Part shown: in pieces, positions 49,084 through 60,318 of the stretch
Numbering within the stretch: position 1 is the stretch's first letter
Layout: each line of letters opens with the position of its first letter
Origin: Microthyrium microscopicum
Lineage: Eukaryota
Assembly (NCBI GenBank): GCA_010405405.1
Contig: MU004231.1
Location: 546,153-610,152, forward strand
DNA: 64,000 nucleotides
Reading direction: 5' to 3'
Program-made: the position numbers and the translations under genes
The notes under the pieces: generated by a model
The model's input: the letters and a program-made list of their open reading frames with translations, nothing else
Told to the model about the DNA's origin: nothing
Databases searched by the model: none

Positions 49084-50661
49084 CTATTTTTTACGACCCC
49101 TTGTTTTTTTAGGTTTGCGCTTGATGGAAACTCGGCTTTCCGGGGTAATAGACCGTGGAGGGAGTCTCCAGCGCTCCTCAGTTGGATGCCATACGTAATG
49201 TGCATTTGGAAATCGACGGCGGGACCATTGTCGTCTGTTAATCATGTTTATAAAGCCTTCTGCTGTAGGATATGTTCTAATAGATGGGACACCTGCAAGA
49301 CCCCGGGGTAATTGGGTGATTCTGCTAGGCGACGCGTAGAGATTACCATGCTGGTCGCGAAAACATGCGTCTTCGAGTTGAGCTTGAAGTCTATCCCGAA
49401 ACTGAGTAGGATTCTGTAGCATAAGAGTTTGTAACTGTTCGTGATGAAAATCCGCGTTAATTCTTCGCAAGGTCGTTCGGTTTTGTAAACACCATACAGC
49501 GTTATCATATCGTCCGTCCAATACTTGACCCCCATTTCTCATCAACTCTCTTCTTCTTTTCTCTACATAGTTGACGGCTATTTGGTGTTGCAGTTTAGAC
49601 ATCTGATATTGGCATTCAGCTTTGATATAAGTCATGAAATCATACCAAGGATTTGATATTGGCGTTAGGCGAACGGCTTTTCTATTCATTTCGTACCTTT
49701 CTGCCGTAGTGACCTGTGTGGGCTCCAAAAGCCTTCTCTTCGGCGGGTGATCTTGATGTTCAATCTGGACCTTATAATACCCGCCAGTGGTTGAAAAGGT
49801 AGAGGCTGAAAATATCGCCAGCTCCCTTAGTTTCGGAAACAGCCTCATAAGCCAAACGTACTCTTTGGGCATGGGTATGCGTGGCGGAACTTGACGCAGG
49901 AAATAGGATATACCATGGAAATCCAATCCAACTGCATTCCCGACGTCCAAAATGAGCTTTTCTACATTACTTGCAAAATGCAGATCAAAGCCACGCTCCC
50001 AATCGATATTTATTGGCCGACCGAGTTGACGTGTTGCTAGACCCACGTCGTGAGTCGGAAACCAAAAGTCGAATTCCCTCCCTCCTAGAAGGAGTTAGTC
50101 AAGATACTTCTGATAAGTTAACACCCGCAAAATTTAAATTCGAAAGCCTCAGTACGACAAAGCCTAACAGCTTTGGTTGCCATAGACTTTATCGGCATGT
50201 GGCTTGTGAGAGTGGTTCAGCAGGTGCATAAGAATAAGGTCTTGCCACTTCTTGCGACGCAAAGGCAAATACTAGCATGCTCATGGATAACCATTTCTGG
50301 TGAAGAACCTACCATTGAAGACTGCAGCAGTTGAATTCGTGCCTCGTTCGTTGCAACAATCATGTATATCAACGTTCTGGAAGTCGTTCCTGCAGTAATG
50401 ACCACCTTTCTTTTTATCCCAGCCTCCTTTATAAATGTCTTCATGCTCAAGGTAAACCTCAAGCTCGCGTTTCTTGACATTAAACCATCGGTAACGAAAG
50501 CAATAATTATTGACAGCCTGACGAAGCTCTGGACCGCCGGAGTTGCGGAGATTCAGCAAGTCAGAACCACTGAGATGATCCCAGATCATATACCACAAAT
50601 CTAGGGGCGTTTTTTCTAAGATCGGGTTGGCAGGCACGGCAGGTTGGGCCGGTTCACTCAT
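49084..50661 (-). CDS. F-box-like tandem family, copy 4
   Basis: LEKTPLDLWYMIWDHLSGSDLLNLRNSG...VNNYCFRYRWF; intron at about 50086-50312; FDLHFA, LFPKLRE, LTPISNPWYD, LQAQLEDACF, YPTAEG and basic tail KRKPKKTRGRKK. Confidence 0.82.
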
Positions 50662-51231
50662 TTTGCGAGATGGGAAGGAAAATTTGAACCACTTGGGTAC
50701 CAGTACGTAGATACTTTACAAACATAGCGAAATCATGGTTATATTGGATTGTTAAGAGCATTATTCAAAGAAAGAAACTACGCATTCGGAAATGAAAAAG
50801 CGTAGACAGTGAACAAAGAACGGATGCAATACCCCCTTTGCAGAGCAAAAGAGAAGAGCGCTGAACATGATGTTTAGGATATCAGTAATACCAGAGCATT
50901 TAACCTCCACAAAATACAGACATTTCAACCTCAATTATAGTACTGGTCTCTATGAGTCTATTCTAAGAAATGTATTAATTTTCACTTGGTAGGGTAGTAA
51001 TCTTGTGATTGTACGAAGCTCAATCCTCGTTATCTGTTTGTTCTTTGTTCGCCTTTAGAAATATCATGTTCAGTGTATGAACATCAAGGATACAGAGCTC
51101 ATGATGGCGACCATTCATCTAAAGCAGCAAATGCAAGATCACGTCAGCTTCGAAAGCTGATCATGACACGTCAAGCTCAGAGTTGACTCCAACCCCTTGT
51201 CATGCAAAACAATACCCAATTCCTCAACAAT

Positions 51232-52995
51232 TCAATCTCTAATATCATCCTCCACAATCGCCATAATCTTCAACAACTCCTCATCCCTCATCGGCCTCGC
51301 CAAAAACTGCAACCCCGTCGGCATCCCCTCCACCTTCTCCGGCAAATCTAAACAAACTCATTAGCAACCACTCACCCCAATTCATACAAACGCAAACTTA
51401 CATTCTGGCTCATACACCACCCCCTCTCTAACAAACCCCTCCTCCCTCTCCCTCCCCATCTCCGCCTTCCCAAACGGCAGCACCCCCGCCGGCCAATCCA
51501 AATAATTCGCCAGCGCCGTATAAACCGGAAAACCATACGTATCATGCGGCACCGCAGTCGTTTGATACGGCGGCATCATTATCGTATCCAACCGATATTC
51601 ACGCATAAGATCATGGAATTCTTTGACAACTTTCTTGCGCTCCACGTTCATTTCGAATAGGGCGTCAAGATCAGGTGAGAAATGTGCAAATTCGGGCTGC
51701 ATTGTTGCGGCTATGGACGGGACCCACGGTTCGCTGGAGGCGGCGATGTGTTTCAGGGGGGTCTTTTGTGGGTCGAGGCGGAAGAACTTCCAGGTGTTTA
51801 GGGAGAGGGTCCAGAGGGAGGTGGGGAGGGTGGTTATGTCGATTATGGAGTGGCCTTTGGACTTGAGGCGTGTGAGGGCGGTTTTCATGGTGCGGAGCAT
51901 GTTTGGGTGGAGGGGGCGTTTTGGGTCTTCGAGGATTAGACCGATTCGTAGTGGGCCGTGGATGGTTACGGAGCGCCAGGGGACGGTGAGGCATGTTTCG
52001 TCCATATCCCATGGTTCGGCGCGGATGACGGTGCTCATGAAAAGTTCGAGGTCGCGGATTGAATGGGCTTCTGGGCCGATGGAGGCGATGATGGGACTGG
52101 GTGAGCCGAGACGCCCGGGGGGTGTTTTGCCGCTGAATGGGACGCGGCTGCTGGTGGGTTTGAAGCCGTAAATGCCGTTGCAGAGGGCTGGTATACGTAG
52201 GGAGCCGGCGATATCTGTTCCTGCGCCCATGAGGGAGCCTCGGAGGGCAATGAGGGCGCCTTCACCGCCAGTGGAGCCGCCTGCAGTCAGGGAGAGGTTG
52301 AGAGGGTTGAGTGTGCGGCCGAATAGGGGGTTATCGCTGTCTGCTGTCATCATTGTTTGGGGGATATTGGTTTTGACGTAGACTACGGCGCCTTGAGAAA
52401 GGAGGAGGTCGACGAGGACGGAATTGCTTTCTTGGGGTGGGTGTGATGCAAATGAGACATATGCAACTGTCGATTGAACGCCTTTGATGTTGAAGGAATC
52501 TTTCAAGCTGATAGGCAATCCGTGAAGAGGACCGATGGTCTTCTTGTTCTTTTCGTAGTATTCATCTAGTTCCTTTGCTCTTTCAAGTGCTTGGTCGAAG
52601 AATATTTCCGTCAAACAGTTCACCTAGAAAATGTCAAACTATCGTCGAAGATCACTACTGTCAAATTCACTAGTTGATGGGCAATAGCTGCTCTCTTACA
52701 AAATGCCACCGCGACATCATAAGAGCTATTACACATCAGTCATACATCCATATAGCATTACTTCCACATACCTAAGTTCCCCAGCAGCAATCCTCTCAAG
52801 CAATCCAGATGCATCATAAGCCTCCGTAATCTCAACCTCCTTACTACTCAGCACACCTGAGGTTTTCGGCACGTCCAATACATTTGCTGAATCCGAATAT
52901 TTTGCTCTGATATCTGCAGAAAGCCGCCATTCATTAGGAATCTTTTCAAGATTAGACTTCTTTTTGCGAGCTGAGACCTCTCTCCAGTCTTCCAT
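51232..52995 (-). CDS. amidase-signature family protein (acetamidase-like)
   Basis: GPLHGLPISLKD, KTNIPQT, GGSTGGEG and GTDIAGSLRIPA (Ser-cisSer-Lys triad motifs); multi-exon. Confidence 0.93.
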
Positions 52996-53628
52996 GATGG
53001 GAATTTATATTTGGATGATTATGTTGCTTCAAGAGAATTGATTGTTTGTTTTTGTGTATGGTATGAAGTTAAGTTCTGTAGCCGGATACGGAGAGGGGGG
53101 CCGATCTGCATGAGGTACCAGGGCGCTGAAGAGATCGATTGTCCGGCTTACTGATTTTGATATTTATTATGTAGCGGACAACGTAAATGTTGTTATCGCA
53201 GGTCGTGAAGTAGAGGGTAGGAGGTGCTAATGAGGCAGTAGCTAAAATAGGGGTTCTGTATCATAACATTGCACGACACTAGACGTGTTCATACGCCGGA
53301 AAGAAGTAGAGACGAAACCACTGGTCAGCTTTTGCAATCGAAATCGAACACAGCGAAACGTTGTAACAAGATCAATGAATGTCAGGTGTTTACTACTGAA
53401 GAGATAATGTACAATAGCGATATGCTGGTCCCCCCATGCTTTTATTCACCAGAGTAAGAGTAATTGACAGCAATGAAAGACCCCCATGACCATCACGCAG
53501 ATGGCTGACATTGATCATTCCCATCAAAACCCCAAGACAGCATCAAGTCCATAATCCATTCGCCATAAAGCCATCAACGACTGAAGGATCAGTAGTGTCG
53601 CATCGCAGGACCTAGACATTTCGGAAAA

Positions 53629-54522
53629 CTAGGCATTTCGCGCACTGCGTCGTGGCTTGCCATCGGCAGTAGCAGCTGGCTTTGGCTCTCTCTTCTTTGC
53701 TGGAGCCTTCTTCTCTGAAGGAGCTTTCTTCTCGGTAGAGCCCGCGGCCTTCTTAGGGCGACCGCGTCCCTTCTTGGCCGCTGGTTCGTCGGTCTTTTGT
53801 TTCTTGGAAGCTGGCTCTTCTTCAGCAGCCTCGACCTCCTCTTCCTTGTCGTCCTTGGAGTCTTCCTTGTCGCCGTTCTTGTCGGCTACCTCGACATCGA
53901 GGGCGCGTTTCTCGCCAACACTGGTCTCGCCATTGGCTTTTTTGGAGTTAGTTTCTTCTTCAGCCTCATCATCATCCTCGGATTTCTTCTTCTCAGTCTC
54001 CTTCTTCGCGCCATTAGAGGCACCATTGGTAGCACCATTGGAGGAGGCTTTCTCTTCAACATCAAGTTCATGCGCACGCTTGACAACATCGTTGCCCTTG
54101 CGCCCAACATGCACAGCAGGATCTTCAGGGTCTGCCTTTCTTTTGATGGTATTGCCCTTGTTTGACTGGATCGATATTTCGCCTTCTGTGGCTACTTCAA
54201 CGACCTCTCCAGACGGACGAGCACCAGACCATTTCCAAGAGACTGGAATAGCGGGAAAACACCCGGAGTTAGCTCGGACTTTGTAAACAAGGTACTGAGC
54301 CAGCTCGACGCGCGCGCGGGGGGTGGGAATAACAATAAAGGGGAAGATTTGTTTTGTGCAACATTGAAAAGGTGGGCGGTTCGATGCATGATGCAATTGA
54401 GACAATGAGGATTGCGGTCGCCGAAGAACAATCGGGCGATGTGGGAAGAAATTCGCAAATCAATAACACACAGCAGAGAAAGACTTACCTTGGTCGCCCT
54501 TCTCAATGCTCTGTTCAGCCAT
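53629..54522 (-). CDS. Hva1/Tudor-like (DUF2945) domain protein with charged tail and AT-hook-like motif
   Basis: MAEQSIEKGDQ|VSWKWSG..PSGEVVEV...GNTIKRKADPEDPAVHV...DVVKRAHEL; KKGRGRPKK near the C-terminus; intron at about 54248-54488. Confidence 0.8.
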
Positions 54523-56569
54523 AGTAATGACGTATGAGGGGAATTGGGTGGTTGAGTAGAGGAATGCGGTTTGGTGTGTAAATAGATGGTTGATGGTCGC
54601 GTAAGGGCGTGCAATGGATTGAGAAGAATGGAATGTATGCGCAATGGAAAGGTGAGGTTGGAGATGTCGATGACAGAGATGCGCGAGTTGCTGTGGACCG
54701 TCTGGAAGGAAAGGGAAGCTACACGGTCACGGCGGATGAATTGGGGGCAACTGAGTAAGCTTCAGTTTAGGGGGCTCTGGGCTCAAGTGGTCGGTGATTC
54801 GTGCAACTGTCCCCCGTCCTCCCCCAGATCAAGATGAGGAGAAGCTGTTCAAGGGGCGCTCTAGCCGCCTTCTTATTATTTGACCCACTTTCACGACGTC
54901 ACGAAAAAAGCTGACGATTTAATTGCTTGGTAAATGTCTAGAAGTCTGGATAAATAATACCTGGGCCTGGCAGTGTCTATGATTACTGCGCCGGCTGACC
55001 CGTTTTGCTGCAAGAGCCCGCGCGACTGTTGAGGTGGTTGGGGACTTTAGATCTACAGACAAGACTGCATCTCGAGCTGTTGAGCAACTTGTAACTTGGG
55101 CCAGAAAGCAAGCAAGCTTCCGAGGCGAGTCAGTTCTGTGCTGAATCCCGATGAGACCTTCCAAGTTACCAAACTCCTTGTACCTCCATGTGGAGACACT
55201 GGTACATCCACCGACGTAAAGAAGGTGCCCTGTTCAATGCTGCTACTTGCCAGTTAACTTTGACTTGTTTATCTGAGCAGAGGCTGTCTGGGGATCTATT
55301 GCTTAAGCTGTTATTGCTCGAGCTCAGTCCATCAGGGGAAGCTTCTTAAATGGACCCCAACTACCGACATCACTATTTTGATAACACGAAAACAGTCATT
55401 GGCTTGAGTAGAAGCTGGTAAGGACTTAGTAAGGACCGTAGAACGTGCGCTATGTAGCAACTAGCTAGCAAGCGAGGCAAGCGCAGGCAAATGTTGTCAT
55501 TTATATTGCCTCTTAGCAGATCCAAGCAGCATAACAGCTCAACCTTCCCATACTCGGCCAGATCTGTTGTACTCAATCACGTTCAAACGCTGGCCGAAAC
55601 CCGTGGAAAGAAGCCGCACAAGCGCGTATTGAGATCAATGATCCTTTTGCAAACAGATAAATAGTTTAAAGATTGGCTTGAACAAGCAATACTCCAGAAA
55701 GTCAATCTGGCAAGCTCCTCAGACGGCGTGCTGTGCCTCTGGCTGTGTGGCCACATCAAACTCACCACCCAGGCCAAGCAAACCCAAACGGGAAACAACA
55801 AGACCAATAACAATCTCCAGGTAGCCGGAGGAATTGAACACATGCAGTGCAGGCGTGCGTTGCTTGGTGCTTTTCGTCAAAGCAGGCCTTGCCCGTCTTG
55901 CCCGTATCAAAAGATGCCAGTGCTTTGGGATGGATATTATTAACAAGATCAGACAAGATTTGGCTGGGCTTTGGGGATTGCCCTGGGCCTTTTTGCTTGC
56001 TTGTGCAAACTGAGAGGGCTGGCACTGGGCAGGCAAGGCAGGCTGGGATGATAACAGTAGAGTAGGTGGGCATTTTAACCGATTGTCAGTTAGCAGGCTA
56101 GATTGGGGCTAGGCCGGCTGGGTGCGAGTTTAATGTCACCAATCAATCTTCAGATAGCCATTTGGGATGATGCGGTGGGTCGATTGTTGCGTACGCGATT
56201 AAGAGCTGAAGCCAAATGCGAACAGTCGATTTGGACACACTTGGGAGACAAGTATGGGCAAAATGGGGCTCAAACGATAGCCAGTTCTCGGGCGGTCAGT
56301 TTGAGCAACTAGAATAGAATTATTATCGAAAAGTGCGGTATTGCAGCGCTTGTAAAGAAGCACAAAGTAAGGGCGGCAGGGCGCTGTATGGAGAGTCTGA
56401 GCAGGAAAACTGACACAGGAAGAGGCAGCGCAATGTTTGGGCAAGAGCTGTTGGGGCAGGTCTGTGCTTCCTAACAGTAACAGCAAGACGGGCAGGTACG
56501 GCGGTGTTGCCGGTGTGGAGGGGAAGGAACTGGGCAAGGAAGGGGGAAGGCGCGTTGGAAGAGTTTGGG

Positions 56570-56650
56570 AGCTGCCCTCTCCCCTCTCCCATACTTTGGC
56601 TCTGCTCTGCTCTGCTCTCTCTACCATTTCTCTCTCCTCTGCACAGTTCT
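56570..56650 (+). promoter_or_regulatory. pyrimidine-rich (CT-box) promoter element upstream of NHP6
   Basis: Long C/T tract (ctctgctctgctctgctctctct) before a 5'UTR containing a GTATGT..CTAAC..TAG intron at about 56970-57235. Confidence 0.5.
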
Positions 56651-57257
56651 CACTCCGTACCAATCCTCACATACAAATCGCAGCCTACAGTAAGTCTCCC
56701 ATATTTTTGCCTACAGCCTTGTCCATACTATTCTGGTGCCTATTACAACTATTCAACCACAACTTCGATATTTGTATTTGTCAACCTCCAATTGACCCAA
56801 ATGTCTTCATCTACAACCCTTCTCGTCTGCTTTTTGAGAAAGACTCGCATTTCGGTCTTTCCCATCTTGCCCATCATACATTGCATCAGCATGCAACGTC
56901 AACACTACTAACTCGCTACTCTTCAGTCTGCGATTCTTATCAAAAGAACCAGCATATCTTCCGTGACAGGTATGTTCTGATTCTTTCGCTGCTTTGTATT
57001 GTTTCTACGCGTCTGTCTTGACTTTGGTGTTGTTGTGCTTCGCGCGTTCTTCAGCCTCAAAGCAAAGAACTACGAAGCTCAATCGCAACTCCAATGTTGC
57101 AACAGTATTCTTCTTACCACATGAGAGTTCTCGTTGGCTATCATCAGGCTGAATCGCGTCACGCTTCCTGTCACTGTTCAACCTCTCCGCATTCTCTCCG
57201 CTTTCTCCACTGTATTCTAACTAACCTTCCAATAGTCAACTCCAGCAAAACACCAAC

Positions 57258-57785
57258 ATGCCAAAGGAAGCCACCAAACGTAAGGCCAAGGAGACCAAGG
57301 TCAAGCGCAAGAAGGGTCAGTTTCCTTGTGAATCTTCAATTTTCATCTAGCTAACTTTTGCAGACCCCAATGCACCAAAGCGTGGCTTGTCCGCCTACAT
57401 GTTCTTTGCCAACGACAACCGTGACAAGGTTCGCGAAGAGAACCCCGGTATCAAGTTCGGTAAGTTTAACCACCATCTCACTGCATTATGTCTGCGTGGC
57501 AATTTGACACGTGAATGATGTATATCCATTGTTCCCATTACTAACTAGTTATACAGGCGAGGTCGGCAAGATCCTCGGTGAGAAGTGGAAGGCCTTGACA
57601 GACAAGGAGAAGATCCCATACGACAAGAAGGCCGCTGATGACAAGATTCGCTATGAGAATGCGAAGGCCGCCTACCAAGCCGTAAGTTTTGTTCCCAATT
57701 CCCTTTATTACTATCATAGACCGTGTTCTAAACGCTAACAAGGGTGATGAATAAGGGCGGTGATGAAGATGAGGATGAGGAATGA
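57258..57785 (+). CDS. NHP6: HMG-box non-histone chromosomal protein 6
   Basis: [68 protein letters not shown], acidic tail; 4 coding exons. Confidence 0.96.
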
Positions 57786-58168
57786 TTGTTTCTTCTTTCA
57801 TGAGCTCCGCTGATGTGACTTGCGGTCTCTCTTTCGTCTTTTGATGGGCTGAATGGATTGATGGCGATGAAGGAGCTTCCGGTTTAGGGGGGTCCAGTTT
57901 AATTGTTCCTTCTTCTTAGTTCCATTAATGGATTGGTGATATCCAGTAACTGCCGTTGTATGATTTGTATTGCCCGTTTCTTCTTTCGCTTCCAATGGTG
58001 TATGTTCGTTGTTACTCTACATCATCATCCATGATGTACTCTCCTATCGTTGCTGCCAGGTTGTGGATTTCCCACATCCCTCTTTCTTCTTGTATCCTAT
58101 ATATCTCCCGTTGTGTTCTGTTGTTGTTTCTCATGTTAGCAAATCTTGTTCCTCAACCTTCATGTCCG

Positions 58169-58272
58169 TATCCGCAAGAGCTTGGAATCAGATGTCATGG
58201 TCCACAACGGCAAGGTTTGTCTCTACAATACCCGCAAGAGCTAGGAAACACCAATATGCCATGGTCCACAAC
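58169..58272. repeat. imperfect direct repeat, 60-nt period
   Basis: ta(t/c)ccgcaagagct(t/a)ggaa(t/a)ca...atg(t/c)catggtccacaac at 58169-58208 and 58229-58272. Confidence 0.85.
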
Positions 58273-59931
58273 ACCTGCTCTCCGCGCAGCACTCCGGATT
58301 CATACGATATACACTTACCTAACAATCCCCACAATCCCCTCTCTAGCCATCACCAGCATCCAACCCACCTCCCTCAAACAAGCACCCCCCAGGCCAACCG
58401 CCGCGCCTTCTGGCCCCAGCAGCGCCGTGAGCGCTGCCTCGGCGCAGAAGCTGGCTGTTCCCCGGATGAGCTGGAAGAGGAAGAGGGTGGGTGCTGGGCT
58501 GGTGGTGAAGAGCCAGAGCAGCTCGGAGGCGGTTGGTGGTTGCGTGTTTTGGGCGTGCACGCGCACGATGTGGATGTTGCGGCGGTGGTGGTGGTGGTGC
58601 TGGGCGTTCATTGCGGCGGGTTGGTGTTGGTGTTGGTGATGATGGTGGTGGTGGTGTTTGGGAGGGAGAGATGGCTTTGTTTGGTGGTTTGTTGGGGGTG
58701 TTGATGTCGTCGTTTTTGGGACGAAATGAGTAGGTGAGCTTTGAATTTTGATATTATTACCTGCGAGGGTGCCCTCGCGGCAAGGCTGCTGGCCAGTCAG
58801 GCTGGCTTCGTGCCAGTTGGTCAATGTCGTGAAAAGTTCTTCTCCATTGCGAAAGTATGATTGCGTTTGCTATTGCTTGTTGCTACTATGTTTGCCATGT
58901 TCTTCTCACTCTTTTGAACCATATAATGTACCCTTTTTGAGAATAGTTACCCGTTGTCTGATAGCTTCAGAATCGACCTTTTTTGGCGAAAATTCCTTCT
59001 TCTCCCGGCCATAGTGCTATCTTGTTCATTTCATTGCACTTACTATCTTTTATCATGTTCTCCTTACCTTGTTATACCTTATTCAGTTCCTTTTTGGCCC
59101 ATTACCGGTTTCCTCCTCCTTTTCAGCCTTTTTGCCGGCGCGGACCGTTTTCCTCCCAACCGCTCCTACACCTCAATTCGCTATCCAATGCCCGCATCAC
59201 TCTACAGATAATACCAAAAGACGCACCAGCTCTTTCTTACCCAGCGCTACTTGATTTTGAGATGATCTTGCTCCTCTACGACATTCGCCATGCAAACGCA
59301 ACATCACCTCTAACGGACCCTCCCACCCCGATTCACGCGAGCTATACTTTATACTGGACATACTTTGAACTTGGACGTGGACTGGAAAGGATCTGGAAAC
59401 AAATCTATGAACTTAGGACGCGAGGCTGATGCGGAGTGGTTGACGGAGAATCCAGTCCGGGACGGCAAATGACGCTCAAATCTGCTGCCTTTGCGGACCA
59501 TTCGTAGGATAACTTAGATCGACTTGGAATGTCAATGGACTTGGTTTAAACTATCTCATAACGCTATTCTATGGTTTCTTATTCTTGGATTGGATGTCTG
59601 GAGCTTCCTGGCGTGAATCTTGTCCCTGACGCATACCGTTTTTGACCCACAACAACGAGGAAATTGCTTCAAAAGGACACAGGTTATGGACTATTCTAGA
59701 TACTATCCCTTCCGTAGACTACATGCCGTCCTTCCGGACCTTTTATATGCCTTCCTGGCCTTCTAGAGTCCCAATTTCCAGTCTTGTCGGCACCAATCGG
59801 AATTTCAGTGGCTCCGAGCATATCAGGCAACTCCCGTGACCCGAACATTGGCACTGCTGGCTCAAAACTCATAGCAAAAACTCCCCTCCGCTGCTTCTTC
59901 TTCTCTCCCAAGTCACCAACAAACCACCAAG

Positions 59932-60318
59932 ATGGCATCTCACATTGCCCTCCGCACCGCCACCACCACCACTCACCGCTGGGACGAAACGTCCATCACC
60001 ATGGACCATGAGGGCGTCCACACCTTCCTGCGCCTCAGGCGCTTCTCCTACTGGAACAGTAGCTCTGGCCAGTTCCACCACCAAACCGTACGTTCCAAGC
60101 GAGTGATTCCCATACAAAACAGGAGGGAGTACTAATGGATATACCAGGTGGCATACTTCTTTGTCACCCACCCACTCTTTCCTGCGTCGAGGACGCGGTC
60201 GGCGTGGACAGACGATCCAACCTTCGTCGTCACGCCCGACGTGGGCCTCGACGTATGGCCTTTCTTGATGGTTCCGCCCATCTTCATTGAGCAACCCTTT
60301 TCCCCATTCTTTACTTAA
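59932..60318 (+). CDS. small orphan protein (about 108 aa), 2 coding exons
   Basis: caagATGG start; canonical intron 60088-60147 joins ...QFHHQT|VAYFFVTHP...PFFT*; two more canonical introns follow the stop. Confidence 0.55.

Noticed and set aside
53657..54286. 209-aa antisense ORF rich in S/F/A
   Set aside because: Reverse-strand shadow of the K/E/A-rich Hva1-like exon.
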